A stretch of 64,000 nt of DNA from Candidatus Shapirobacteria bacterium. Lineage in GTDB: Bacteria > Patescibacteriota > Microgenomatia > UBA12405. The stretch spans positions 5,541 to 69,540 of the forward strand of contig JAQWFB010000001.1 in the NCBI GenBank assembly GCA_028704635.1, written 5' to 3'. Position 1 is the stretch's first letter. The number at the start of each line of letters is the position of its first letter. This document shows, piece after piece, positions 18,275 through 27,067 of the stretch. The translations under genes and the position numbers were made by a program. The notes under the pieces are model-generated. The model ran no database searches. It saw nothing but the letters and a program-made list of their open reading frames with translations, and was not told the origin of the DNA.

Positions 18275-19471
18275 TTACTTATCCTCATAATCCTTTAATG
18301 TGTACTCTTCTTGATATTCTTTGATTTTGTTTAAAATTTTATTTTGACTGTCTACGGCGTAGACTTTTACAATTCCCATCGTACCAGGAGATGGTGCTCC
18401 TCCACCTGATAATTGTGATTTAACTACTATATTATTTCCAATCACCTTAACTCTAATGTCAGTTCCATCTTCAATTAAAAGATTTGTATTATCATCGACT
18501 ATAGTTGATATGGATAACGTTTGACCGTGACAGCTTGAACAACCTTCTCCATTTAAAAACAAAGCTTGTAGGGTTAATTTTCCAACAGTAAATATTTGAC
18601 TTTTTAAAATTACTTCCCTATATTCATTAACTTTAATTAAAGTTTTGTTTTGATTATCTACTTCGTAGACTTTTACATTAATTGCGTCTTCTCCTGTTCC
18701 CACCATGTCTGATTTGAATCTAACCTCAATAGTATTTTTGTCTACTCTAACATTGATTCCATAACCTTTTTCTTTTAAAAACAAATTATCTTTATCAAAA
18801 ATATATAGTTCCTGGGAAACACTACTAGAAATAGGTATCGTCACTAAACTTTCTAGTTTTGACTCATCAACAACTAATTTAGTTTTATTCAATTTCCATA
18901 GACTCTGATTACCTACCAACTTTGAAATTAATGAATAGCTGTTTAAATATTTACTATCTTCCTTAGACAAGGTGTCATCACGGCGTGGATTGATGTTTTC
19001 CTTAATCTCTCCAGTTATTGGATTCACTATTAAACGGTAAGAAGCCGAATAACTTCCACGGTCTGGTTCATTGTTAGACAACTCAATATTTATTCCATCT
19101 ACTACCTTGGCCGAAATTAAACTAGCATTGGCCTGACCCTGTTGGAATAGTTTGGGATAATTATCCTTTCTTACAGTTAAATCAGGCTTAAAATTGTTCT
19201 CACTTTTATTACCCTCAGTGGGATTAATAAAAATAGAACCTTCTGTTAATTGAATTATTAAAACTCCTTTAGGAGTATCTAGGGAAACACTATAATCCAA
19301 TGGTTTGCTTTTATCCTCAGGAACTACAGTTTTTGAATTGTTTTCAATATCAGTAATAACTTCTCTTGGAATGTGTCGACTTATCTTTTCTCTGACTTTA
19401 CTAAAAAAACCAGCAACTAAACAAAAAACAAAGAATAGTATTAGAATTGAAAATAATTTATTTTTAGTCAT
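18275..19471 (-). CDS. Hypothetical secreted/membrane-anchored protein with an internal duplication
   Basis: N-terminal hydrophobic helix; repeated VKVYEVDNQNKTLIKVNEY / VKVYAVDSQNKILNKIKEY; CSSCH motif. Confidence 0.7.
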   Translation of the reverse strand: MTKNKLFSILILFFVFCLVAGFFSKVREKISRHIPREVITDIENNSKTVVPEDKSKPLDYSVSLDTPKGVLIIQLTEGSIFINPTEGNKSENNFKPDLTVRKDNYPKLFQQGQANASLISAKVVDGINIELSNNEPDRGSYSASYRLIVNPITGEIKENINPRRDDTLSKEDSKYLNSYSLISKLVGNQSLWKLNKTKLVVDESKLESLVTIPISSSVSQELYIFDKDNLFLKEKGYGINVRVDKNTIEVRFKSDMVGTGEDAINVKVYEVDNQNKTLIKVNEYREVILKSQIFTVGKLTLQALFLNGEGCSSCHGQTLSISTIVDDNTNLLIEDGTDIRVKVIGNNIVVKSQLSGGGAPSPGTMGIVKVYAVDSQNKILNKIKEYQEEYTLKDYEDK

Positions 19472-19496
19472 AGCTTAATTTACTCTAATCATTTCA

Positions 19497-19555
19497 TTAA
19501 CTACTAGTTAGTTAAAATATACCATTTTTAGGCTTAATTATTAACCAACAGTTAA
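19497..19555. promoter_or_regulatory. Putative XRE operators TTAAC-N5-GTTAA
   Basis: ttaac-tacta-gttag (19497), TTAAC-caaca-GTTAA (19541); third copy ttaac-cactg-gttta at 19824. Confidence 0.55.
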
Positions 19556-19590
19556 TAAACTAATTCCAGTCAAATTGTTACCTTCTATCA

Positions 19591-19809
19591 ATGGAAGACC
19601 GTAAGGTAACGAATAAAGACTTAAAATTTGGTAAGAGACTTCAACGAGTCAGAAAATCGGCTGGTTTCACTCAAGAAAAACTAGCAGAGGGGACAAGACT
19701 AAGCACAACCTTCATAGGATTACTTGAAATTGGTCAAAGACGACCAAGTATGAAAACACTCCAAAAAATCGCATCAACATTGAAAGTAGATGTAAAAGAT
19801 TTGTTTTGA
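19591..19809 (+). CDS. XRE-family HTH regulator
   Basis: FGKRLQRVRKSAGFTQEKLA...LEIGQRRPSMKTLQKIA. Confidence 0.92.
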   Translation: MEDRKVTNKDLKFGKRLQRVRKSAGFTQEKLAEGTRLSTTFIGLLEIGQRRPSMKTLQKIASTLKVDVKDLF

Positions 19810-19852
19810 CCGACTAGACTTTATTAACCACTGGTTTATAATTAGGTTAATA

Positions 19853-20167
19853 ATGATATTTCCAAATAATAGTTGGCTAGAAAAACATTGGTGGCATAGA
19901 CTAGCAAAAATCTTCAGAATAATTTTTTCTTTATTTTTTATTTTTGTTGCGATATATTATGTCGCTTTTGTTCCGGTTGTTGATCCTGCCATGAACATTT
20001 CTATTCCAATTTGCGCTGGAATATCAATATTAATTGCCATCTTTGGTTTTCCTCTTTTGTATAAAATTTTACTGTATGTTTTTGTAAGTGATTGGAAAAC
20101 AAAAATTAAACCCGATAAAAAAAGTTCAGAACAAACTAAAGCTAAATGGAATCATACGATAATGTAA
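19853..20167 (+). CDS. Hypothetical 2-TM membrane protein
   Basis: Two hydrophobic helices; TATAAT upstream. Confidence 0.65.
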   Translation: MIFPNNSWLEKHWWHRLAKIFRIIFSLFFIFVAIYYVAFVPVVDPAMNISIPICAGISILIAIFGFPLLYKILLYVFVSDWKTKIKPDKKSSEQTKAKWNHTIM

Positions 20168-20372
20168 GTTAAAGTCTACCCGCGTAGACAATTACATAAA
20201 ATTTTAAACAATCAATTATTGTTCGTCTTAGTATTGCTGGCAACGAGACAATCATAAATCTTAAATAAGTTTAGGTCGTATTAACACCAAATCTGGCTTC
20301 ACTAAATGACCTAGAATCGTTGGAATATCATTAATCGAGTATAATTAGGTTAGATTAATATTGATATTAAAA

Positions 20373-21053
20373 ATGGACAACAATGTTAGTAAACTGGTTG
20401 TACTAATAACCAAGCAACGAAAATTTATTGAGAGTAATTTTGAGAAATATCGGGAAGAGATTTGCAATCTTGGTGATGACAAAATATTGGAATTTCTTGG
20501 GAGTACCGAAAGTGAAATTGCTTTATGGGAAAAGAGAGTCATTAGGGTGTTAAAAACTTTTAACAAACAAAACTACCTAATCCGTTTTAGTCATCCAAAG
20601 GATATTAAGTCATCCCACAACGCCTATATTACGGAAGCTATCGATTGCAAAGTCATGGCTCAACTTAATGAATTAAACGATATTTTAACTGAACTCGAAA
20701 ATAATAATTTACCAATAAAATCCAAAAAAATTATTCACCAGATTGAATACACTGAAAATCGTGAAATTTTATTAGACGGAAAAGTAATTCATCGATTCCA
20801 ATCAGATTCACCAGGCGAAAATCTTTTTAGCTACTTAATTAATAATCCAAATAAAGTTATTGAATTAAAAGAAATTGAAAAAAACGAAGGTAGAGATGAT
20901 ATTTCTAAAGGAATTCATCAAAAAATTAGAGACTTAGGTTTCAAAGGAAAATTAAAGACGATGTTTTTTCCAGGATTAGATGAACAAAAAATCCAATTTA
21001 TCAACCCAATCACCAAAGCTTACTTAAACGAGAATCACATCTTTGAAACTTAA
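20373..21053 (+). CDS. Hypothetical protein with C-terminal winged-helix-like domain
   Basis: LFSYLINNPNKVIELKEI resembles an OmpR-type wHTH. Confidence 0.6.
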   Translation: MDNNVSKLVVLITKQRKFIESNFEKYREEICNLGDDKILEFLGSTESEIALWEKRVIRVLKTFNKQNYLIRFSHPKDIKSSHNAYITEAIDCKVMAQLNELNDILTELENNNLPIKSKKIIHQIEYTENREILLDGKVIHRFQSDSPGENLFSYLINNPNKVIELKEIEKNEGRDDISKGIHQKIRDLGFKGKLKTMFFPGLDEQKIQFINPITKAYLNENHIFET

Positions 21054-21130
21054 CCAATATCGATAATGTGAAACAGTGTGAAATGATGAGAAATCCCTAA
21101 AGTAGGGCATAACTGATTATACAATCTGTT

Positions 21131-21313
21131 ATGTCAATAAATTTAAATGAAGATTGGCTCAATAGTGAGCTTAAAAAAGAGGTACTCGATCTCTTTCAAC
21201 CTTTGTATAAACACCCATTGACTGAAACTGAAGTAACAAATATTGCCAACACTCTCGCCAACACAGCCGAATTATGGATTAAATTCAACTGGAGGATCGA
21301 TCATGCCAACTAA
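21131..21313 (+). CDS. Small helical protein of the mobility module (candidate directionality factor)
   Basis: LFQPLYKHPLTETEVTNIANTL; positional and sequence counterpart of 27068-27238. Confidence 0.6.
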   Translation: MSINLNEDWLNSELKKEVLDLFQPLYKHPLTETEVTNIANTLANTAELWIKFNWRIDHAN

Positions 21314-21536
21314 TAACTATAGAACCAAGGATCTAGCTGAATCAGCCACCCTGCTTACCTTAGGACAAAAAATTATTGATGTTGAAAGAATAGACCGTAT
21401 TTGCTGGTTTGTTTTTGCCGATTCAAAAAAATGCCAAAAAATAGCTAATCAATTTTGGTATGACCAATGTCTCGTCGATGCCAAAACTTATTATGATTCG
21501 ATTGTCAGGTTAAAAAATAGAATATTTTCTAGCTAA
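21303..21536 (+). CDS. DUF5659-like small MGE protein
   Basis: YRTKDLAESATLL...CWFVF...VDAKTYYDSIVRLKNRI. Confidence 0.65.
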   Translation: MPTNNYRTKDLAESATLLTLGQKIIDVERIDRICWFVFADSKKCQKIANQFWYDQCLVDAKTYYDSIVRLKNRIFSS

Positions 21537-21555
21537 GAAGACCAAGCAGACAAAT

Positions 21556-22050
21556 ATGATTAAAATTAATAAAAAAGGCTGCACCTGGATTCCAAACTAT
21601 TGGATTGTCGGTGATGACATTTCTGACGCCGCTTTTCGAACTCTTTCAATCATTAGAAGTTACAACTTTGATCAAATTTACCCATCCGTAAAAAGAATTG
21701 CTGAAAGAAGAGGTAAGAGTAGAAGTACCATTTTTCTCCACCTTAAAGAACTAAAGGAGAAGAAATATATTACAACCAAAAGATCAGGATACTCTACTTC
21801 AAATATATACAAATTCAGTAGTCCAGAAAATTGGACTAATGAATCAAACCCGACATCAAATAATGATACTTCTATCGTCCAGGAAACTGGTCTTCAGTCG
21901 TCCAATAATCCAGACCCTAATAATAGTCTTAATAAAGAATTAAAAAATAGTCAAAATCCTTTAAGGGGAGAAGAATTAGAAAAGGCTAAAGAAAATCTTT
22001 TTAATAAACTCCCATGGGTAAACAAAAACAAAAATCATCTTAAAAAGTAA
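21556..22050 (+). CDS. HTH replication initiator-like protein (phage/MGE type)
   Basis: ISDAAFRTL...YPSVKRIAERRGKSRSTIFLHLKELKEKKYI...SNIY; low-complexity linker containing GTCCA iterons. Confidence 0.75.
   Translation: MIKINKKGCTWIPNYWIVGDDISDAAFRTLSIIRSYNFDQIYPSVKRIAERRGKSRSTIFLHLKELKEKKYITTKRSGYSTSNIYKFSSPENWTNESNPTSNNDTSIVQETGLQSSNNPDPNNSLNKELKNSQNPLRGEELEKAKENLFNKLPWVNKNKNHLKK
21821..21915 (+). repeat. Three iteron-like repeats inside the initiator gene
   Basis: GTCCAgaaaaTTGGAC (21821), GTCCAggaaaCTGGTC (21877), GTCCAataatCCAGAC (21900). Confidence 0.6.
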
Positions 22051-22124
22051 TATAATTTTATTAGGGAAACCAATAATAAAATCTCAAATTTTTGGAATAT
22101 TCGGTTATATCAATTAATATCAAT

Positions 22125-23699
22125 ATGAAAACAAATCAAGACAATTCGTTAAAGTATTGCCAATACTGTCGAAAATCATCCGAGAGTAAAGAAAAACAGG
22201 CCTTATCGATTCCTGATCAAATCAAGGTTTGTGGAGAATATGCTGTCAAAAACGAACTAAATATTGTTGCAAAAATAGAAGAATCAAAATCTTCTTACAA
22301 ACCCCATATCAGACCTGAATTCGATAAAATTTTAAAAATGATTGGCGATAAAAAAATTGATGCAATTCTGACATGGAAACTTGATCGACTATGCCGTAAT
22401 CCAGAAGAAGGTGGAATTCTACTTCAATTACTTCAAGACGGAAAAATAAAAGAAATTAGGACACCAATGGGAGATATTTATACCCAAGAAAGTGATCATT
22501 TAATTCTCCAAATTCATTTTGGAATGGCAAATCAATATTCACGAGCAATCAGTCAAAACGTTCGTCGTGCTCTCGTATGTAAAGCCGAAAGGGGAGAGTT
22601 TACTAAACCTGCTCCACTTGGCTATGAAGGAATCGGTGAAAGTAAAAGTCGTTTGATTAAACCTCATAAATTTGAAGCACCACTTCTAGTTCAAGCTTAT
22701 GAATTAGCTAAATCTGGTCGGTACTCACTAAGTAATATTCAAAAATATTTAAAAGATAACGGTTTAAAAACCAAAAGAGGGAAAGATTTAAGCAAAAGCC
22801 ATTTATATCGAATCCTTACCAGTTCAATTTATTATGGTGTTTTCAACCATAATGGCATTGCTTATCAAGGTAACTATGAACCACTTATCAATAAGTCAAC
22901 CTTTGATGAAGTTCAAATCGCTTTGGGTGTTAGGTCTAAGCCCAAGAAATTAATTTGGGAGTCGGTTTACAATGGCTTATTCTTCTGTCCAGATTGTGGC
23001 TGTGCCATAACCACTGTAAACAAAAAGAAGTTAATTAAAAAAACTAATAAATATGAAACTTACACTTATCTAGTGTGTACTCATCGAAAGGGAAATTGCC
23101 AACAAAAACCAATATCTGCAGATGATTTTGATAAACAAATTATGGCAAAAATCGGGCCACTTAAACTTACCGAAAGAAAATGGGAATTAGCATTAAAACT
23201 ATTTCGAGCCAAAAATGCCAATCAAAATCAAACCCAATCTAAATTTATTGATAACCTTCATTTGCAACTCAAGATTCATCAAGAAAAATTAAATCGACTG
23301 ATTAATATGAGAGCAGGAGACGAAATTACTGCTGAAGAGTTCAAAGAACAAAAATTAATTATCCTTAATGAACAAACACGAATCAGTGAGGCAATCAATC
23401 GATACAACGAAACCAATCAAAATTGGTTGGAACTGTCAGAAAACTTCATAAATAAGGTATTCTTAGCCAAAAAAATATTATCCGATGGTTTACCAGAAGA
23501 AAAAAAGAAACTGATTGATGAGGTCGGTCGGAACTTATTTCTAAACAATAAAAAAGTGGAACTTACCTTAAAAGAACCATACATAGCCATGACAAATCCA
23601 GCTATTTCTAATAATATGCGGGCAATGTGGTCCGAACTTGGAACTTATTTAGATAGGAATGATACAATCAAATATGAATTGTCCACATTGTTTACATAG
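22125..23699 (+). CDS. Large serine recombinase (LSR1)
   Basis: YCRKSSE catalytic Ser, LDRLCRN, PAPLGY recombinase domain, CPDCG...C zinc ribbon, coiled coil. Confidence 0.95.
   Translation: MKTNQDNSLKYCQYCRKSSESKEKQALSIPDQIKVCGEYAVKNELNIVAKIEESKSSYKPHIRPEFDKILKMIGDKKIDAILTWKLDRLCRNPEEGGILLQLLQDGKIKEIRTPMGDIYTQESDHLILQIHFGMANQYSRAISQNVRRALVCKAERGEFTKPAPLGYEGIGESKSRLIKPHKFEAPLLVQAYELAKSGRYSLSNIQKYLKDNGLKTKRGKDLSKSHLYRILTSSIYYGVFNHNGIAYQGNYEPLINKSTFDEVQIALGVRSKPKKLIWESVYNGLFFCPDCGCAITTVNKKKLIKKTNKYETYTYLVCTHRKGNCQQKPISADDFDKQIMAKIGPLKLTERKWELALKLFRAKNANQNQTQSKFIDNLHLQLKIHQEKLNRLINMRAGDEITAEEFKEQKLIILNEQTRISEAINRYNETNQNWLELSENFINKVFLAKKILSDGLPEEKKKLIDEVGRNLFLNNKKVELTLKEPYIAMTNPAISNNMRAMWSELGTYLDRNDTIKYELSTLFT
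23616..23651 (+). repeat. E1/E2 junction att site inside the LSR1 3' end
   Basis: ATGCGGGC is identical to 29720-29727, followed by the 26 bp shared with 5176-5201. Confidence 0.8.
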
Positions 23700-24354
23700 T
23701 TTTCACGATAGTCCTTCAAGATTAAAAACAGGTGGTTGGATGTATTATGATAAAACAATTTGGAATTTTGAATATCAAGAATGCCCAGAATGTAAAAAAT
23801 TAATAGGAAAAATTCTCATATCAGAAGATGATGGAATAAAAGAAATAATGGCATATCCTAAAAAAAATTCGCGAACAGTATTGCCTGACTTTATAGATAA
23901 ACAATTTTTAGAAGACTACAACGAAGCATGCTCTGTAATTAATGAAAGTCCCAAAGCAAGTGCAGCACTTAGCCGTAGATGTTTGCAAAATATATTAAGG
24001 GAAAAAGCCATGATTAAACGCTTTGACACAATACAAGGCAAATATATAACAGAAAAAATAACTCCATCTGATTTATCTAAAGAAATTCAACAAGTACTAG
24101 ATATGGGCAACCTTACCTCCAATATAAGTGAAGGATTAGATGCAATTAGGGCGATTGGTAATTTCGCAGCACACCCAATTAAAAGTACTAATACAGGAGA
24201 AATTTTTAGTGTTGAAACTGGAGAAGCTGAATGGAATTTAGAAATACTTGAAAGTTTGTTTGACTATTACTTTATTCAGCCAAAAAATATTCAAGATAAA
24301 AAAAATGCATTGAATATTAAGCTCAAATCAGCCGGTAAACCTGAAATCAAATAA
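23674..24354 (+). CDS. DUF4145 domain protein with N-terminal zinc ribbon
   Basis: CPHC...CPEC; DYNEA...SPKASAALSRRCLQ...IRAIGNFAAH (RxxGNxxxH, HEPN-like). Confidence 0.85.
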   Translation: MNCPHCLHSFHDSPSRLKTGGWMYYDKTIWNFEYQECPECKKLIGKILISEDDGIKEIMAYPKKNSRTVLPDFIDKQFLEDYNEACSVINESPKASAALSRRCLQNILREKAMIKRFDTIQGKYITEKITPSDLSKEIQQVLDMGNLTSNISEGLDAIRAIGNFAAHPIKSTNTGEIFSVETGEAEWNLEILESLFDYYFIQPKNIQDKKNALNIKLKSAGKPEIK

Positions 24355-24494
24355 AATATATAATGTGTATAAAATTCTCTTTTGATAAATTATTGACAAA
24401 GATTTTATAAAATGTAAGACTTTTATAATAAAAAGTAGAAAAGATGATTATATTTGATATAATTCGACACAGTATTATTTAAAAAATAAAAAAA

Positions 24495-24749
24495 ATGCCT
24501 ACCAAAGAACCAAGAGAAATTGTTAATTCAGCTTTAACTTACCTACAAGAAGTTACACCATCAATTCAAAGAATTAGTGATGTTCGACTTGAAGAATTAG
24601 CACCAATAGAAGACGGTGTTAATTGGAGAGTTGTTTTGAGTTATGATGCTGTAGGAGAATTTCCTTTTGATAAAAAAAGAGAATATAAAGAATTTATAGT
24701 AGAGTCGAACACTGGTAAAGTTCTTTCAATGACAATCAAAAAAGTTTAA
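24495..24749 (+). CDS. Small PepSY-like hypothetical protein, partner of the PIN gene
   Basis: DVRLEEL...WRVVLSY...REYKEFIVESNTGKVLSM; 9 bp upstream of the PIN gene. Confidence 0.7.
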   Translation: MPTKEPREIVNSALTYLQEVTPSIQRISDVRLEELAPIEDGVNWRVVLSYDAVGEFPFDKKREYKEFIVESNTGKVLSMTIKKV

Positions 24750-24758
24750 TTATATAGA

Positions 24759-25301
24759 GTGAATAATTTAAGTAGCTTAGAAGAAATTTCGCAATTCAGA
24801 GCAAAACATTATTCGGCTGAATTAATTATAGATACAAATATCCTTTTGTTATTACTAGTCGGAGCATATGATAAAGAATTTTTAACAAATTGTGGTTTAA
24901 TGACTGAAAATGGCAAAAACTACAAAATAGAAGATTATAATGTTCTAATAAAGATAGTTGCTCGTTTTCTTAATAAAATTACTATCACTCCTCAAATTAC
25001 AGCAGAAATCTGGTCTTTATCTAAAACAAAAATACCATCAGTAATATTTAACAAATATTTTTCACAAACATTAGAATCTCTTAAATCTTATCAAGAAAAA
25101 AATATACCACTTTCTGTTATATTACAAAATCATCAACAAGTATTAGAATTTGGATTTACCGATATTGGTTTGACTGAAGCCGCGAGAGAAAACAAAGCTA
25201 TTATTCTCACTGACGAATATCCTTTTTATGCCACATTCAGAGAGAAAATACCCATAATTAAATTTAGCAATATAGTAGCACAACACCTTATAAATAATTA
25301 A
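24759..25301 (+). CDS. PIN-domain protein
   Basis: LIIDTNILL, TAEI, FGFTDIGL, ILTDE acidic tetrad. Confidence 0.85.
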   Translation: MNNLSSLEEISQFRAKHYSAELIIDTNILLLLLVGAYDKEFLTNCGLMTENGKNYKIEDYNVLIKIVARFLNKITITPQITAEIWSLSKTKIPSVIFNKYFSQTLESLKSYQEKNIPLSVILQNHQQVLEFGFTDIGLTEAARENKAIILTDEYPFYATFREKIPIIKFSNIVAQHLINN

Positions 25302-25379
25302 TTATTCACTTATTTAAAGTAATTTATAAAAACACAATAAAATACTATAAATAGGGATTTTTATTTTGGATAATTTTAT

Positions 25380-25529
25380 TTAATCTCCAATTTTTTCATT
25401 AATTTCTTCAAGCTTTTTATATACTTCTTCTAAAACTACATCTAGAGATGTCGTTTGACCAGCACTTCCAGCATAAGCAGTTACTATTTCAATAGCTTTT
25501 AAAAATAAATTAGATTTTGAATATGACAT
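25380..25529 (-). CDS. 49-aa small protein (not in ORF track)
   Basis: GGAGA RBS 6 nt before ATG; MSYSKSNLFLKAIEIVTAYAGSAGQTTSLDVVLEEVYKKLEEINEKIGD*. Confidence 0.65.
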   Translation of the reverse strand: MSYSKSNLFLKAIEIVTAYAGSAGQTTSLDVVLEEVYKKLEEINEKIGD

Positions 25530-25564
25530 ATTAAATCTCCAACAAATTATTAATTAATATAATT

Positions 25565-26290
25565 CTAACAAATTTGTATTTTCCTACACAAGTAAACCAA
25601 TTCAGATGAATCTTTAGGGTCTTCTTGATGAAAATTTTCAAGTTTATCAACTAAAAACTTGTGTAAGAATTTACTGTTTCTAATTAAACTTAAAATTATT
25701 TTCGGGACAAACTTACTTATCGTTGTAATTTCATTACTTGAACTAACTCCTTTAATTTCCAAAATTTCAAACGAATTTCTTTCTAATAATTGCTTCATCT
25801 CTTCCAAAGTAAATTCTTTAATATGAAATTTATTCAATCCTAAAGATTTATCTTTATTTGGAGTTGTTAAAAACAATAAACCACCTGTTGTTAAAGACTT
25901 GGATAAATTTGATAAATAAAATTCATAATTTTTCAAATGTTCCAGCACATCCAAAGAAATTACTAAATCATAATAATTAGATTCAAATTCTGTTTTATTA
26001 AAATCTTTAATTCCAAAATTAAGTGATTTACTTTGATTTTTATCTTGGCAATAATTAATTGCTTCTTTGTCAATATCAAAAGCATCAACCTTTTTTGCTC
26101 CTAAAGATAAAAGAATTGGTTCTGTTAATCCATACCCACACCCAGCATCTAAAACACATTTATTTAATGCCGAAGGTATAAGAGTGGAAACTTTATCATG
26201 ATATTTTTTCAACCAATATAATTCAGAATTATTTGGGTTATATCTTTCAGTTGAAGCTATCCCTTTCTTTAAATTTTTGACACCTTTCAT
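25565..26290 (-). CDS. Class I SAM-dependent methyltransferase
   Basis: VLDAGCGYG, YDLVISLDVLEHL, GGLLFLTTPN, FHIKEF. Confidence 0.9.
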   Translation of the reverse strand: MKGVKNLKKGIASTERYNPNNSELYWLKKYHDKVSTLIPSALNKCVLDAGCGYGLTEPILLSLGAKKVDAFDIDKEAINYCQDKNQSKSLNFGIKDFNKTEFESNYYDLVISLDVLEHLKNYEFYLSNLSKSLTTGGLLFLTTPNKDKSLGLNKFHIKEFTLEEMKQLLERNSFEILEIKGVSSSNEITTISKFVPKIILSLIRNSKFLHKFLVDKLENFHQEDPKDSSELVYLCRKIQIC

Positions 26291-26346
26291 AGTTAATTAT
26301 TTTATTGAATAAATTTACCTTACTTGTCGCTATTTTTAATATAAAT

Positions 26347-26386
26347 AGGAAATATATTTCCTGTTGAAATAATGACATTTATGTCA
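26347..26386. promoter_or_regulatory. Two palindromes upstream of the XRE gene (putative operators)
   Basis: AGGAAATATATTTCCT (perfect, 26347-26362) and TGACAT-tt-ATGTCA (26373-26386). Confidence 0.5.
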
Positions 26387-26396
26387 GATTTTGTCA

Positions 26397-26600
26397 ATGA
26401 CAACTAAATATCAAAAACTAGGTGAGAGAGTAAAAGAGTTAAGAAAAGACAGGGGATTATCCCAAGAACAGTTAGCCGAAATGGTTAAATGTGATGTTAG
26501 AACTATTGTTGCAATTGAAGGTGGTAAAAGAAATCCAACATTAGACACAATGAATAAAATTGCCAAAGCTGTAAACGCCGATATAAAAGATTTATTTTAG
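26397..26600 (+). CDS. XRE-family HTH regulator
   Basis: LGERVKELRKDRGLSQEQLA...IEGGKRNPTLDTMNKIA. Confidence 0.92.
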   Translation: MTTKYQKLGERVKELRKDRGLSQEQLAEMVKCDVRTIVAIEGGKRNPTLDTMNKIAKAVNADIKDLF

Positions 26601-26627
26601 TTTTCTTTAGGTTAAATTATTTTTTTC

Positions 26628-26702
26628 TCACCCCGACCTTAAAAGTTGCACTCATGTGAGGCGTAGCCGAGCATGAGATAATGCGACTTTGGGTTGGGGT
26701 GA
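26628..26702. other. Long imperfect hairpin, candidate rolling-circle origin
   Basis: tcaccccgacc/ggttggggtga, aaagttgca/tgcgacttt and ctcatg/catgag stems with a GGC-GTA-GCC mini-hairpin; GC-rich in AT-rich DNA, upstream of the HUH Rep. Confidence 0.6.
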
Positions 26703-27067
26703 AATATATCAACCATTGGAATTAGTAAAGACTTTATGGAGTTTTTGGAGCTCATGGAATCACCGATAATGTGATATTATTATCTTAATTATAAATTCTG
26801 CTTTTGTAGAATTTAGACGTTCTTTTAATAATCAGGACATTTTTATAAAAAAAAGATACGTAATCGTAGCAATATAAAAATATCTGATTCCCAGACAAAA
26901 GGGTACTAAATAATGTCGGCATTTGATACTTTACAAGCCTTGTACATTTCCCAAAACACAAACGGTGTAATCGATAAACAAACAGACTATAGAATTCAAT
27001 CTAAACTTTCAGTCCATATGTTTATTTATTGCGCCTAAATCTGCAAAAGTCCTAAAAACGGACTTTT

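Larger units (their letters stand above)
7160..23623. mobile_element. E1: ~16.5 kb integrative element with serine recombinase, HTH replication module and DISARM-like cargo
   Basis: GCGGGC cores at 7160 and 23618; recombinase at the right end; XRE, DUF5659-like and HTH initiator genes; defence operon. Confidence 0.75.

Noticed and set aside
5176-23651. Reading the 26 bp direct repeat as attL/attR of one 18.5 kb element
   Set aside because: Not excluded, but disfavoured. Serine recombinases usually leave only short cores, the repeat lies wholly on one side of the GCGGGC core, and this model does not explain the tRNA-identical core at 7160 or the shared origin arm.
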